Counted from the first letter of the stretch, positions 17,784-38,921 are shown. The stretch is 64,000 nucleotides of DNA from the human T2T-CHM13v2.0 reference genome, Homo sapiens (GCF_009914755.1 NC_060925.1), one strand, 5' to 3'. Notes: generated from the sequence alone by a model not told the origin. Program-made: numbers and translations.

Positions 17784-18722
17784 AGTTTTTTGCCTCCTTC
17801 ATTCAGAACATGGTTTTTGTTTATCTTCTCTCTCCCTGCTGTCTCTATACTTGTCTAAGACCTCATTACTGGTTGCAGCAGCCTCCCCACTGGTTTCTGG
17901 TTTCCTGTATTCTCTTTCTTCTATGCATCCTGCACATTTCTTCAGAATAAAGATACAAAGGTCATAATAACCTGCCCAAAATATTGCTCTTGACTTGCTC
18001 AAGAACCTATACCAACTCTCCCAGGCCAGTTCCATCAACTCTGATTTTTAGCTAGTTTCACAGTTCTCGATGACCCAGGCCTCCTTAAAGAGCCTGACTG
18101 GCTCTCTTAGTCCGTCTGATGACCAAACCTGTGACCGAGGACACATTAGTGAAGTTAACTAGTCAGGAAAATCACTCCAGAGACTGCCTCCTGCAAAGCA
18201 AGTGTTCATAATCTTGAGGGATTTTTAAAAAATAGGTTAGGAATAGTGGAGACTCAATCCCAAACCTATATGTTACCTCATCCACCCTAGGGACTTCTGG
18301 AGTTTTTGTTGTTGCTGTTGCTGCTACTGTTATTAAGTTGATTGCTATTTGCATTGATGAAGTTTTTTTAACCATTTTTTAGAATTAACTACAATGTATT
18401 GAGAGCCTACTCAGTGCCAGGCAGTAGAACAGGTATTTTTAAATACATTATTTTCAACAAAAAAAAATCTTATAGGCTTTTTTTTAATGGCCAATAATCC
18501 CACTGTTCACATAACCTCTGCTGACATTGTTTTTAAGTGAACATTGATCATAAATTTAAACAGTACTGAAAGATATAAAGGAAAAAGCAAAATCTTTTGG
18601 CCCAAGGAAATTCTTCTCCTTAAGAGTAGCCACTATTGGCCGGGTGCGTTGGCTCACGCCTGTAATCCCAGCACTTTGGGAGGCCAAGGCAGGTGGATCA
18701 CGAGGTCAGGAGTTCAAGATCA

Positions 18723-18944
<222 letters not shown>

Positions 18945-19012
18945 CTATTGGTCAGGCACAGTGGCTCATGCCTGTAATCCCAGCACTTTGGGAGGCCGAG
19001 ACAGGTGGATTA

Positions 19013-19231
<219 letters not shown>

Positions 19232-21169
19232 TCAAAAAAAAAAAAAAAAAAAAAAGGGTAGCCACTATTATTAGTTTTGTTATGTGAAATCCCCGGAAAG
19301 TGTTTTATTTCATATCGGTGCATACATATCAATACACACATATCCTTTTTTATTTCCACCAAAAGGGACCCTAACATTTTATTGCCACATACTAGTAGAT
19401 ATACAAGTAGTTTCCAGATATTTACTATTAAAAATAATAATTTTTCCCAGCGATTTGAAAAGAAGTGAGAGGATCACTTGAGGCCAGGAGTTCAAGACCA
19501 GCCTTGGTACCATACCATCTCTACAAAAAACTTAAAAATTAACTCAACGTGGTGATGCCTACCTGTAGTTCTAGCTACTGGGAAGGCTCAGGTGGGAGGA
19601 TCAGTTGAGCCTAGGAGTTTGAGGTTCCAGTGAGCTATGATCTGGCCACTGTACTCCAGCCTAGGTGACAGAACAAGACCCTATCTCTAAAAAAAATAAT
19701 AATATTCCTCTTTACTGAAGTATTCCAGCTAATATATGAAAGAAGAGTGACAGAATATCATTATTTTGCAATTGATAATGAATTAATTGATCTAAGCATT
19801 GAGAATCAATCACTGCTGTTACCACAAAAAAAGAAGCAGCTAGACATTACATGTCTCCTGATAGAAAAGAAATAGTACCACCTATGAAGTAGTCATGTCA
19901 TGGGGTGAAAAACTAAACCTAAATCTAATCAAGCCTCTAAGTACCAATTTACAGAAAATAGAGCACAGAGGCTCATGATAAACTACATCCTGAAGACAAC
20001 TCTCTAAAGAGCACATATTCGGTTCCCCTGATCCACCCATCATTCTACTGGAAGCAGAGTTGTAAAGAAAGGCAAACTATAATGAGAAGGCCACCTGCAG
20101 CACACAGAGGCAGGTGACCATGGTAGTTGGTGTCAATCTGGTTGGCCTGACAAAGCCATTTCCACTTTAAGGGAAGCCCTGTTGCAGGGAACAAACACAC
20201 ACTTTTGAGGGTCAGGGTCCATCTGCTCCAGAAAGTGCTTGATGGGCATAAACCATGTGGTCTCTGAGACTTTAACTCTTCTGTTTTTAGTGCCACACAG
20301 CTCCTTTCTGTTCCCATAGTCAGGTCAGCCTAGGAGCTCATTGGTTTCTTTAAAGGCAGTTTATACATTCTGGCCTAATCCTGCAAGATCTGGCTCTGTC
20401 TACCTGTGTAACCTCTTGATGCTGCACTGTCCTCCTTGCCCTCTAACCACCACCTGTACTAGACTTCCTGCAGTTCTTCCTATCTACCTGACCATGATCT
20501 TTTCCACTCTTTCCAGGCCTTTGCCCATGCCATCCACTGCCTGGTACACCCTTCCTATCCTTGTCAAGTGTCATCCTAAAGGTTCTTTCCTCAGGGAGGC
20601 CTTCCCTACACCCACCAATGTGAAGTTACGACTCCCTCCATTATACTCTCTATATCTATACTTCTACAGTCGTAATACTTGTCACACTTTCTCATAGTCA
20701 CTGGATTAATATGTCTTCTCTTCTAGTCACTAGAGGTCCAGGAAGGCAGAAGCCACGCCTGTTCAATTTTCTGTCCTCACTACCTAGCAGATTGCCTGCC
20801 ATCTTCACAGATAATAAACTCTTGAATGAAAGAACAAATGATATCACACCTAACAATGCTTAGGAGTCAGAGAGAAGAAAATTGGTCCCAGAATGCCGTT
20901 CTTATAGAATTTAATAATGTGCATAGATACTTAATATTTATAAAATTAGTAGATACAGATTTTCAATCACACATATTAAATGAATTATTAAACCTAGTCC
21001 CCTCGGTTACAGGGACAGTCTCTCACTTAAGGGTCAATTTCTGAAACCCAAACAGAGCTGCCCTTTAGGCCTACTCCAGAATTATTGATAAGCCATATTA
21101 CAGAGCTATGACAGTGTCCTTTTGGTCCTTCATTTTTTTTTCCTTTTTTTTTTTTTTTTTTTGAGATAG

Positions 21170-21547
<378 letters not shown>

Positions 21548-22184
21548 TAAGTGTAAGGTAAACTCTTAGCTTACTGCTAAGTAAGTTTAAGGTAAACAGT
21601 TAAGTGCTTAGTAAGGGGAAGCAATCATTATTTTAACAATTATTGTTATTAACCCCAACATAAGCAAATGTTTAAAGATGTCTGAGCAGGAGAAACGATC
21701 AAAGAGGTTCTTGAGGATTAATCTCACCAATTACTTCCCCTCCAGAGTTAAAATATCAAAATCTATCACCTCTTCCCCCCCTTCCTCACTCTATAACATC
21801 CTTCCCAGTGAACATCATCCCCAGGTGGAGCCCAAAACCAGCAACTAAGGCTCTCTCATGTTAGTGAAAGGATTCCAGCTGGTGAGCCCCACCACTGTGG
21901 GGACAAACTCAATTGAGTTGAGCTATGGCCTCTGGGATGAAGGATCACAGCCACCTAATCCCACCCTCAATGTACTCAGCCACCACCACCCAGGATTTAT
22001 ATCCAGGGTGCACTCTGAAGAGAATAAAGCCAGTGGTATTTCTTTTCAATTCTAAAGCATAGATATTTCCCCCTAAAACACAGGAAGGGTCCAGGTTTTC
22101 AGAATGACCCTGTTTCTCAAGTCCCTTAACTGCTAACCTAGGAGCTTATTCTCTGGAGAGTTTCTGAAGAAAGGCTTCTCTTTG

Positions 22185-22330
22185 CCTCAGTTTCCTTATC
22201 TGTAAAATGGGTGATAATAACGGTACTACTTCCTGAGGTCCCAGTGAGAATTAGATGAGTCAATACATATAAAGGGCCTAGGACACTACCTGGCACGTAG
22301 TAAGTGCTCCGTAGGTGTTAGCTTAACTTT
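22185..22330 (+). mobile_element. MIR SINE; other MIR fragments at about 5030-5200, 8835-8990, 14105-14335, 44380-44600 and 53190-53330
   Basis: MIR core gcctcagtttccttatctgtaaaatggg...tacctggcacgtagtaagtgctc. Confidence 0.75.
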
Positions 22331-22614
22331 ATTATGAACTTTATTTCTTCCATCTTATTTGTACTGCTGTCTATTTGTGATCATATATTTTTCAATTACT
22401 AAGCATTAACAGTGGCCTTGTAACAGACTATTTCAGCCCCAGTGCACCTTTGGGGCAGCAGTTTGGCTGGTGGCTTATAAATAGTCATCCCCCAGATCAG
22501 AGGCACCCACGCTTTTCTACAGACACAGTGGAAGTTGTATCTGTTAATTTCATTCATTGAGAAAATACACTGTAGATAAAAGAATCCAGCAAAGCCTTTA
22601 AATTAATTGGTAAC

Positions 22615-22620
22615 TTTATT
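22615..22620 (-). terminator. H2BC21: Distal AATAAA poly(A) signal for the long polyadenylated H2BC21 mRNA
   Basis: tttatt on + strand, about 1.8 kb past the stop codon. H2BC21 is known to make both stem-loop and poly(A) mRNAs; assigning this particular hexamer is inference. Confidence 0.7.
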
Positions 22621-24299
22621 AATAACAATAGCATCTATACACATTTGAAAACACACATGTAGGAGACAGTTAAGATCTATTCAGTCTGTGATAATGTCTA
22701 GAGCTCATTTGGATTCATCAAACCCCTGCCATCAGCTCCAAAAGCCCTTAGCCAAAAACAGCTGAATCACTCATCAAACCATCAGTGTCTTCCTCGGCAG
22801 AATCAAGGGTTGGACAGAAAGAGTAAATATTCTGCACCTCCACAAAATAAAACTAAAATGCAATTGTCCTGCATCTGAGAATACAAGGGTGGACAGTATG
22901 AGCTGCATGACTGTGAACCAATGAGGCTTCTCTTGGCCTCATTTGTAAAAAGGAGATTAACTCTGTAGTCCCGCCTATATTGCATGGCCTCCAGAAAAGC
23001 AAATGAGGTGGTAAGTGTAAATTAAAAGCTCCTCTCCTTTAAGAGGGGAACACCATGAGGGGAGAGTAAGAAAAGGAGAAGGAAAAGGCTCTTTCCAGTG
23101 ACCAACACGCTGAATTTGATGAAAATCCATAAGAGGTTATGCTAAACTGAGAAGCATAAGGGTGGATCTACCATTGCCACCTCCTCTTTGTAGCAAAAAA
23201 AATCTTAACACGGCCCCCTCCCAGCTGTTGCACTGAGGTGACTAAGGATACATTTTGAGGAAGTAGCTCCAAGAACATTTCCATTTTCACTGTGCCTTCA
23301 CATACATCTAATGGAAATGAACAGCACCCTTCATCCATCCACGGAAGCGATTAAGAAAAGGGTGGGATGGAAAAATTAACCCAACAATATTAGATCAATA
23401 CGTAGTATTTAAGTGTCCATAATGTGCCAGGCTGAAGATGCACGGGAAAACCACACTAGCCGGTCTGTCAAGGGCTTGAGAATACCATAAACAAGAAAAC
23501 AGACGAACCAATTTCAGACAGCTGCTAGAAGGAAGATAAAATGAGACAGGCAAGTATGAGAGGCGCGAATTCCTGAGTGGATGACGTAGGTCTCTGAGAG
23601 GTGACTTTTGAGCCCGTATCTACATGGTAAGTGCCTCGCAGTGACCTGGGGCCGTAGCGTTACCATTTAAAGCACAGACCATTAAATGCAGAAATTATCA
23701 ACAAAATGAGAAATAGGAATTTCAAAGTCTCAAAGTGAACGACGGAAACTGAAATCTACAAATTAGAAAAAGGCGCAGAATTTTGAATATTCTTGTCGCC
23801 CAATCAGGACAAGGCTGGGACCCGGCTGCGCGGCCTTCGTCCAAAATACACAGAACGGCTGGTATCCACAGGAGGCCCCATCGCACGGCAGAACTGGTGA
23901 CCGGACACAAAAGCTGCTGCCAAGCGTCAGTCATACAGAGCTGTCACGCAGTGTTTGCGGAACCCGGGCTGAATTGTGTCCTGGAGTTCTCTTAAATGAC
24001 AGCCGAACTCAGCCACTTCGTTTTAGAATGAAACAGACCCAAGGAGCCACCAGGGCGCGTGTGGGGCGGGAGTGGGGGCGGGTAAAGAGGCGGATTCCCA
24101 ACAGCCTAATTGAGAACCGACTCCTGGGAAGGCTAAGCAGCACAATGAGTAAAGACACGCTCTAGATTCAAAAGCAAATCCAATGACGCACTGGGGACCT
24201 CGAGTTCCAAATAGTTAAAAAGCTACGTATGCCATTTCCCATGACCTTCACACTAAAATAACTTACTTTATGAAAAGAAACTAAGGGAATAAGTGAACA

Positions 24300-24341
24300 A
24301 GCTCTTTTCTAGTGATTAGGTGGGTGGCTCTGAAAAGAGCC
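24300..24341 (-). terminator. H2BC21: H2BC21 histone 3' stem-loop and histone downstream element (HDE)
   Basis: Minus strand GGCTCTTTTCAGAGCC (24341-24326) followed by ACCCA; purine-rich AAAAGAGCT at 24308-24300 (U7 snRNA pairing site). Confidence 0.95.
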
Positions 24342-24397
24342 TTTGGAGTCAAGCAGCCGGCGACTCGAGCGAGCGAGCGCCAGGTCCCGGCAGGGAC

Positions 24398-25502
<1,105 letters not shown>

Positions 25503-25528
25503 ATGCAGACAAACAAACCAAGACCAAA

Positions 25529-25568
25529 GGCTCTTTTTAGAGCCACCCAAGTTTTCAAAAAAAGAGCT
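25529..25568 (+). terminator. H2AC20: H2AC20 stem-loop and HDE
   Basis: GGCTCTTTTTAGAGCC (25529-25544) followed by ACCCA; AAAGAGCT at 25561-25568. Confidence 0.95.
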
Positions 25569-25586
25569 AATGCGCTATTTCGTGAT

Positions 25587-25626
25587 CAGCCCTTCATTTG
25601 ACACTTTGGTGGCTCTTAAAAGAGCC
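25587..25626 (-). terminator. H2AC21: H2AC21 stem-loop and HDE
   Basis: Minus GGCTCTTTTAAGAGCC (25626-25611) followed by ACCAA; variant HDE TGAAGGGCTG (25596-25587). Confidence 0.9.
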
Positions 25627-25661
25627 TTTGGGGTGAATGAGTATGGTGTCAAGCCTCTTAA

Positions 25662-26330
<669 letters not shown>

Positions 26331-26410
26331 GCAGGCTTTCAAACAAAATACTGGTTTTGTTTTACTGAGAGGCACTGTGGGTTTTTGTTTTGTTTTGCTT
26401 TGCTTTGTTT

Positions 26411-26483
26411 AGTTTACAGCCGGGAAATCCCAATATGGACCCTAAGGAACTGCAGAAGACATCCTTAGACGGAGAGTTACTCT
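26411..26483 (+). pseudogene. Possible highly decayed 5' remnant of an H2B gene
   Basis: Short colinear matches to H2B codons (CCGG.AAATCC, GG.CCCTAAG, CAGAAG, GACGG, GAGAGTTACTCT) downstream of an H2B-type promoter. No ORF and no stem-loop. Confidence 0.35.
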
Positions 26484-27797
26484 CACGAAAGAGTAGGGGA
26501 TTCTGAAGCCGATGATCCCCTTGAGCTCTAAACTGCCAAGTCCCGCCCTTTCTGTCTCGTCACAGCCAAATTCCCTTTAAAAATACATGTACTACTAAGG
26601 CTGCCTCCTTTCTCGCCCCTAAACTTAAGTCGCCCGCAGCGGCGTGTCTCCGCCCCACCCCCACCCTCCTGCACTCCTCGGAATCCGGTTTGACCGAGGC
26701 TAGAATAGATTTGTCATCCTCCTCTTGACCTCCAGGAGGCGGCCTTCAAACTTGCTCCCTTGGCTTTCAAAATGTCGCCCTGTTTTTCTTCTTACCTCGC
26801 CGACTTTTCTTATCCTGCTCCCCCATGCCACTGCCCATCTCTAAATCTGCGAGTCCAGCTGGACTGTTTCCCTGTCTCCAATTCTTCACTTATCCCGAAG
26901 AGTCTTACCCATTTATATGCTTTCAACTAACGTCCAAATTTGTTTCAGAAGCTCAGACCCTTATGCCTAACTGCTTACAGAATACTTCAACCTACTTATC
27001 CCAACGAGCACCTCAAACTCAAACTCTACCTCAGCCTATCCGAACGCGAACTCATACAAACAACCTCCCCTCTTTGCCCTCTTTTCCTGAAATGCACCAG
27101 CATACTTACAGATACCTAAGCCGAAATCTACTCTACTCTTCCCTTCGTCTTAGCATATCCAGTCAGTTGCTTCCTTAACATCCCTTCAGACTTTTTCTCC
27201 ATGCTCCCTTGTCCACCTCATCATCATCCCTTAGATTTCAGCAACAGCCGGGAAAGGGTAATTTTGCCGTCAGGCACTAATCGCTGGCATGACTCCAGCG
27301 GTCTTAGAAATCTTTCCTGAAAGCTCTCCTTTTTTTCTTTTATCCCATATAACAGATGAACCTGAAAGCTCTTGTGTTTCTTCCTCCTCAACGTCCCATC
27401 TCTGGGAGTTCTACATCTCCTACACCATTCTCACCCTTTCCTTAGTATCCCTTAAGGTCAGGTAGAATGCTAGAGAGAAAAAATAGACTTGTGGGTTTTT
27501 TGTTCGTTTTTTGAGGCGGAATTTCCTCTGTCACCCAGGCTGGAGCACTATCTCAGCTCACTGCAACCTCCACCACCGCCTCCTCCACCCCGCCCCCACC
27601 CACCCGGGTTCAAGCGATCCTCCCACCTCAGCCTCCCGAGTAGCTGGGATGACAGGCGCCCACCACCCCGCCTGGCTAATTTTTGTATTTTTAGTAGAGA
27701 TGGGGTTTCATCTCTACTAATGTTGACCAGGGTGATCTCGAACTCCTGACCTCAAATCTCGAATGTTGGCCAAGGTGGTCTCGAATTCCTGACCTCA

Positions 27798-27953
<156 letters not shown>

Positions 27954-28652
27954 CTATTGGGCCATGGGTGTATAGATAATTGAAAGTAGTACAAACAAGT
28001 CTGTGATGAAATGCCTCCAGAAAATGGAGGAAATCTGGTGAACTCTGAGAGTTAAATTAGTTAAAATCAGCTACGTATAGAGATTACTCCTGATAAGAAT
28101 GCTGGTATAGATTTGGGAAACACCAAAGTTCAGACAGAGGTGATGAGGGTGTAACCTAAGATCCTTCTAATCCAATTGATTATATCATTTGAGAAGATGA
28201 ATGTTAACAGAAAGGTGCGGTCCACATAGAGTCCAAACAGGTGGCAATTATAGTAGGAATATGTTATGTTTTCACCAACACTAAAATATATCTGGCAGAT
28301 GTAAAGTTTGGCCTAGAAAAGGGTCCTTGGTTATGAAAGCATCAACCCTTTCTCACAGCCTGGGTGAAATATTTCTGAAGACTATCCAAGTTCTTTCATT
28401 CAGATTCTGTGCTCAATTAACAACTTTCTGATTATTCTATTCCAAGATAAAAACATAAGACTGAAGTGGGGGGAGCCAGTTATAGAAAGATGTTCATCAT
28501 ATAATTCAATGAATTTGCATTTTGGACTATTCATAAATTTTGTGTGTACTTTGTTAGCGTGGGCCCCTCCCCAAGAAGCCAGTCAGTCCTGGAAGTTCTC
28601 ATAGTGTCAACTTTTCAGACCTAAAGGGCTGAGAACAAAACCCAGATGATAG

Positions 28653-29128
<476 letters not shown>

Positions 29129-29172
29129 TAAAATTATGTGTTTCACAAATAAACTGAAGCTTACAGGGATTA

Positions 29173-29463
<291 letters not shown>

Positions 29464-29727
29464 CTATCTCAAAAAAAAAAATTGCTGAAGGTCACACAGC
29501 CACATGATTAGAGCCTAGGTCTGCCTGACTCAAATAACATGCTCCTCACCATGTCATTCACACTCTCACTAACTAGATGTTGGGCTTAAAGAAGTCATTT
29601 AATTTATCCAGCCATTGTTTCTTCCTCTGTACAAAAAAAAGGAAGAAAGAATTATTAGATGAGATCTTCTCTACTCCCACACAAATATCCTTGCTGTGGC
29701 CACATCTCTTTGTTCATATCCTGGTGA

Positions 29728-30130
<403 letters not shown>

Positions 30131-30408
30131 TGAATCAAGAGTTCTTGATTCCTTCCACCTGGCCCTTAATAGTTTCCTTAAATGTTTTTGGCATGAATAC
30201 ATGAAACAAACTCTTAGAAAATTAGCATTTTCTTTTCTAAAATATTTAGTCAACAACCACTCTCCAAATGACAACCATAAATAGTAGATGATGGTAAACA
30301 GAATGATGGAAGATAGAAGCTCATCAGTTAAATAAAAATAATACAGGCCAGGCACAGTGGCTCACACCTGTAATCCCAGCACTTTGGGAGGCCAAGGCAG
30401 GTGGATCA

Positions 30409-30707
<299 letters not shown>

Positions 30708-30854
30708 CTAGTAGAGAGCTTGGGAACCTGAGAGGCCCCACAGCTAGATTAGGAGGATATGATGGTTCATTTTATGAGTCAACTTGCCTAGCCCAATAGC
30801 TAGTAAAACATTTTCTGGGTTTTGTTTTTGTTTTTTGTTTTTTGTTTTTTTTGA

Positions 30855-31013
<159 letters not shown>

Positions 31014-31235
31014 TAGTAGAGATGGGGTTTCTCCATGTTGGTCAGGCTGGTCTCAAACTCCCGACCTCAGGTGATCCGCCCGCCTCAGCCTCCCAAAATG
31101 ATGGAATTACAGGCATGAGCCACCACGCCTGGCCCATTTTTCTGGGTATTTCTGAAAGAGATTAGCATCTGAGGCCGGGCACGGTGGCTCACACCTGTAA
31201 TCCCAGCACTTTGGGAGGCCAAGGCAGGCGGATCA

Positions 31236-31510
<275 letters not shown>

Positions 31511-31592
31511 CTAATGATTAACTGTGGCAGGGTAATACTGACTTCCCTGGAAGTCTTCTGAGGTGCTGGGAATTTTCTTTATCTTGATATAG

Positions 31593-32007
<415 letters not shown>

Positions 32008-32879
32008 TGAAGGAGTCATCATGGGGAAAACAATGAGTACTTTGTTGGGCATCCCAATCCTCATGTTACAAATGAGTGTTTATTATTGTTTGGTTGTTTT
32101 GTTTAATTGTGTATGAGGTGGCTAACATAATCTCTCGGTGCTTAAAGCCTCTAAAAGCCTTAATCTGACCACGACAGACCTTCATTAAATAGTAGATATT
32201 ATTATGACTATATTTTTATTAGAAACAAAGACAATAAGCTTGCCCTGTGGAGCTCGCAACTTGCAAAGCTTTCGTTTATTTTTACGACAGCAATAATAGT
32301 GAAGTTGCCGTCTCCATTCATACATCAATTCACTCATCCATCCAATATATCTTATTGAACACCTAAGTATGTCAACACTGAGCTTGGCATCACACATCTA
32401 GAATATAGTGAATATACCATTCATTGTGCCTGGATCTCTCTTTCCACGTGGTTAGTTCCCTCTAGTCATTCAAATTTCTGTTTCAATGTTACCTTCACAC
32501 CTAGGCTTTCCCTGACCTCAGCCTCCTACCTCTGCCTAACACTGTCACTGGATTTGCAAACTGCAAGGTCCTAACCAAAGCAGGTCCTATAGATGCCATC
32601 TTTGTAGCAGCTTTCTAATCAATGTACTTCTCTCTAGCCCATCTCGTGCCTTCACTCAGGTTATCTTTCACCCAGACTACCAACAAAGACTTTTCTACTC
32701 CTCTCCCTGCTTCTACTCTTCCCACTCCTCACCAGAGTGGCCTTTCTAATAGACATTCTGATTCTTTTCTCACTGTACACTCTCTCCCCAGGTGATCACA
32801 TACCACACCCCAGCCCCACCCCCATGATCTCATTTCATCTTCAACAACCCCTAACTAAGAGATGTCTCAAATATACTTC

Positions 32880-33475
32880 TCACATGCTAAAATTAGTGGG
32901 AAAAAACTTAATGAGAATTAGGAAAGTAGATACACTTAGAGTATCTTCCACAATTACAGACAGAAAAGGAATTTTATAGTGGAAAAGCCTGACAGATACC
33001 ATCTTAATCAAGTGATCAGAACTATCACTAGTAATAACAAAAAGATCACGTGCCCTGGTAAGGTTCACAGAGAAGAATTCAACATTACTTCTGCAGTATT
33101 CCAGCCAAAAATGCATGTGCTAAATTTTAATCATAAAGAAACATCAGACAAACCCAGATTGAGGGACATTCTACAAAATAAATGTCTGTAACTTCAAAAT
33201 TACCAAAGTCATGAAAGACAAAGAAAATCTAGGAAACTATTTCAAGTTAATGGAGAACAAAGAAATATAACAACTGAATGCAACACGTCATCCTAGATTG
33301 GATCCTGGACCAGAAGATATTTCTTTTCATTTTATATATATGATAGTAGTGGAACAATTGGCAAATTTTGAATAAGGTCTGTAGATTAGATAATAGTACC
33401 GTATCTGTGTTCATTTCTAGAGTCTGACAGTTATATTCCGGCTATGTGAGAAAATTTTTTTTTTTAAGTAAATAT
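32880..33475 (+). mobile_element. Old L1 (L1MC/ME-type) 3' fragment; similar fragments at about 11250-11760, 19700-19985, 35172-35345, 36360-36850 and 60650-61200
   Basis: AT-rich L1 3'UTR motifs (gaaacatcagacaaaccca, caactgaatgcaac...tcctagattggatcctgg). Confidence 0.6.
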
Positions 33476-34308
<833 letters not shown>

Positions 34309-34489
34309 AGGTAGAGTTTAATAGGCTTTATCTCTGAAACTTAGTCTCAAACAGTCCAGAAAATAATTATATATTTGTAGATAGGTACATACAAATAAAA
34401 CAAACAGTGAATTGTTAATATTTGGGTAATCTAGGTATCAGGATAAAGGATATACAGGAATTATTTGAACTGTTTTTTTTAACTTTAGA

Positions 34490-37460
<2,971 letters not shown>

Positions 37461-37629
37461 AATCAGACTTCCATTTTCTTGCATATAAAATAAAGGAGTT
37501 GGGCTGGATGATCTACAAGATCTATTGGCAGTAAAATAGATCTAATAATCCCAATCCCAACTGCGCGTGAATTCCCTTTTTCTTTGCATTGCTGGGTTCA
37601 GACTTTCTGACCACCTTACCAGTGGGGAG

Positions 37630-37814
37630 AATCCGAGACTACAGTTCCCATGAGCCCTCAGGGCACCACGTGGTGCCTGCCCGTGCTACCAACGCGCAGC
37701 GAGGACTCCATTTCCCAGCGTGCCTCAGGAAGGGCGCCAGGACTGCATTTTGCTCCGGAGCGTCCAGAGTCCTGGCCCTGAGCGGGAATCGCAGTGGCCG
37801 AGGCTGAGCGGCAG
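37630..37814 (+). promoter_or_regulatory. BOLA1: BOLA1 CpG-rich promoter and non-coding exon 1
   Basis: ACTACAGTTCCCA (37638-37650) and ACTCCATTTCCCAGCGTGCC (37705-37724) ZNF143/THAP11-type motifs; CACGTG 37667-37672; donor CAG|GTAGAA at 37814/37815; acceptor CTCTCACCAG ending 38151. Confidence 0.7.
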
Positions 37815-38201
37815 GTAGAAGGGGCGTCTCCGGGGCTTCACAGGGAACACAGGGGCTTCGGCCCAACCACAAGTACGCAGTTGCACATGCCCTACTTTTG
37901 CCCATTCTTTGCAAATCCCCTAAGGAACGAACGCGCCTCGCGTGCGGGCCTTTCTAATCTTCGCTTGTCCCTTCACTTCCACAGCTGGAGGTCGAATTCA
38001 CCACGTCACGTAGAGAAAAGGGGCGGTGTCTCGGGTCTCCCCGTGTGGCATCAAGGCGGGCTCCCTATAGGAGCTGGTGTGGACGTCCGGGCGTGGGGTT
38101 AGGGCGGATGCGGGGATCGCGGGGCGGGTGTTGACATTGTGCTCTCACCAGGCGGATCGCCCCGACCCTCACTCCTGGCGTCTGAGTCTCTGGCGTAGCC
38201 C

Positions 38202-38615
38202 ATGCTGAGTGGGCGGCTGGTCCTGGGTCTGGTCTCCATGGCTGGCCGCGTTTGTTTGTGCCAGGGCAGCGCGGGATCCGGGGCCATCGGTCCGGTGGAG
38301 GCCGCCATTCGCACGAAGTTGGAGGAGGCCCTGAGCCCCGAGGTGCTAGAGCTTCGCAACGAGAGCGGTGGCCACGCGGTCCCGCCTGGCAGTGAGACTC
38401 ACTTCCGCGTGGCTGTGGTGAGCTCTCGTTTCGAGGGACTGAGCCCCCTACAACGACACCGGCTGGTCCACGCAGCGCTGGCCGAGGAGCTGGGAGGTCC
38501 GGTCCATGCGCTGGCCATCCAGGCACGGACCCCCGCCCAGTGGAGAGAGAACTCTCAGCTGGACACTAGCCCCCCATGCCTGGGTGGGAACAAGAAAACT
38601 CTAGGAACCCCCTGA
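38202..38615 (+). CDS. BOLA1: BolA-like protein 1 (137 aa), mitochondrial Fe-S cluster/glutaredoxin partner; whole CDS in exon 2
   Basis: BolA motifs ETHFRVAVVSSRFEGLSPLQRHRLVHAAL and VHALAI; N-terminal presequence-like segment. Confidence 0.96.
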   Translation: MLSGRLVLGLVSMAGRVCLCQGSAGSGAIGPVEAAIRTKLEEALSPEVLELRNESGGHAVPPGSETHFRVAVVSSRFEGLSPLQRHRLVHAALAEELGGPVHALAIQARTPAQWRENSQLDTSPPCLGGNKKTLGTP

Positions 38616-38915
38616 ACCCCAAGAGAGGGAGGACCAGGATCCGAATGGGCTGGGTGAGCACGAATTACCGAGGCCTTCCCTTTGATACAGTCCAGGATTT
38701 GTAAGGGATGAAGACCCCTGGGCCCCATTCTGTTGGGGTCCATACATACTCTCCGAAGATAGCAACTTGCTTCAGGTCAAAGTGAACCCGAGAAAAGAGA
38801 AGAATCACTCACTACTGCTCTTGCCCTGGACTATTCAGGAAGGGCAGCCCGGATGTTCCATGTTAAATCGTGACAGAATTGCACCAGACCTGATGAGTTG
38901 GAAACAATCCTATAC

Positions 38916-38921
38916 ATTAAA
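38916..38921 (+). terminator. BOLA1: BOLA1 poly(A) signal ATTAAA
   Basis: ATTAAA about 300 nt after the stop, with GT-rich TGTGTTCTT downstream. Confidence 0.7.
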
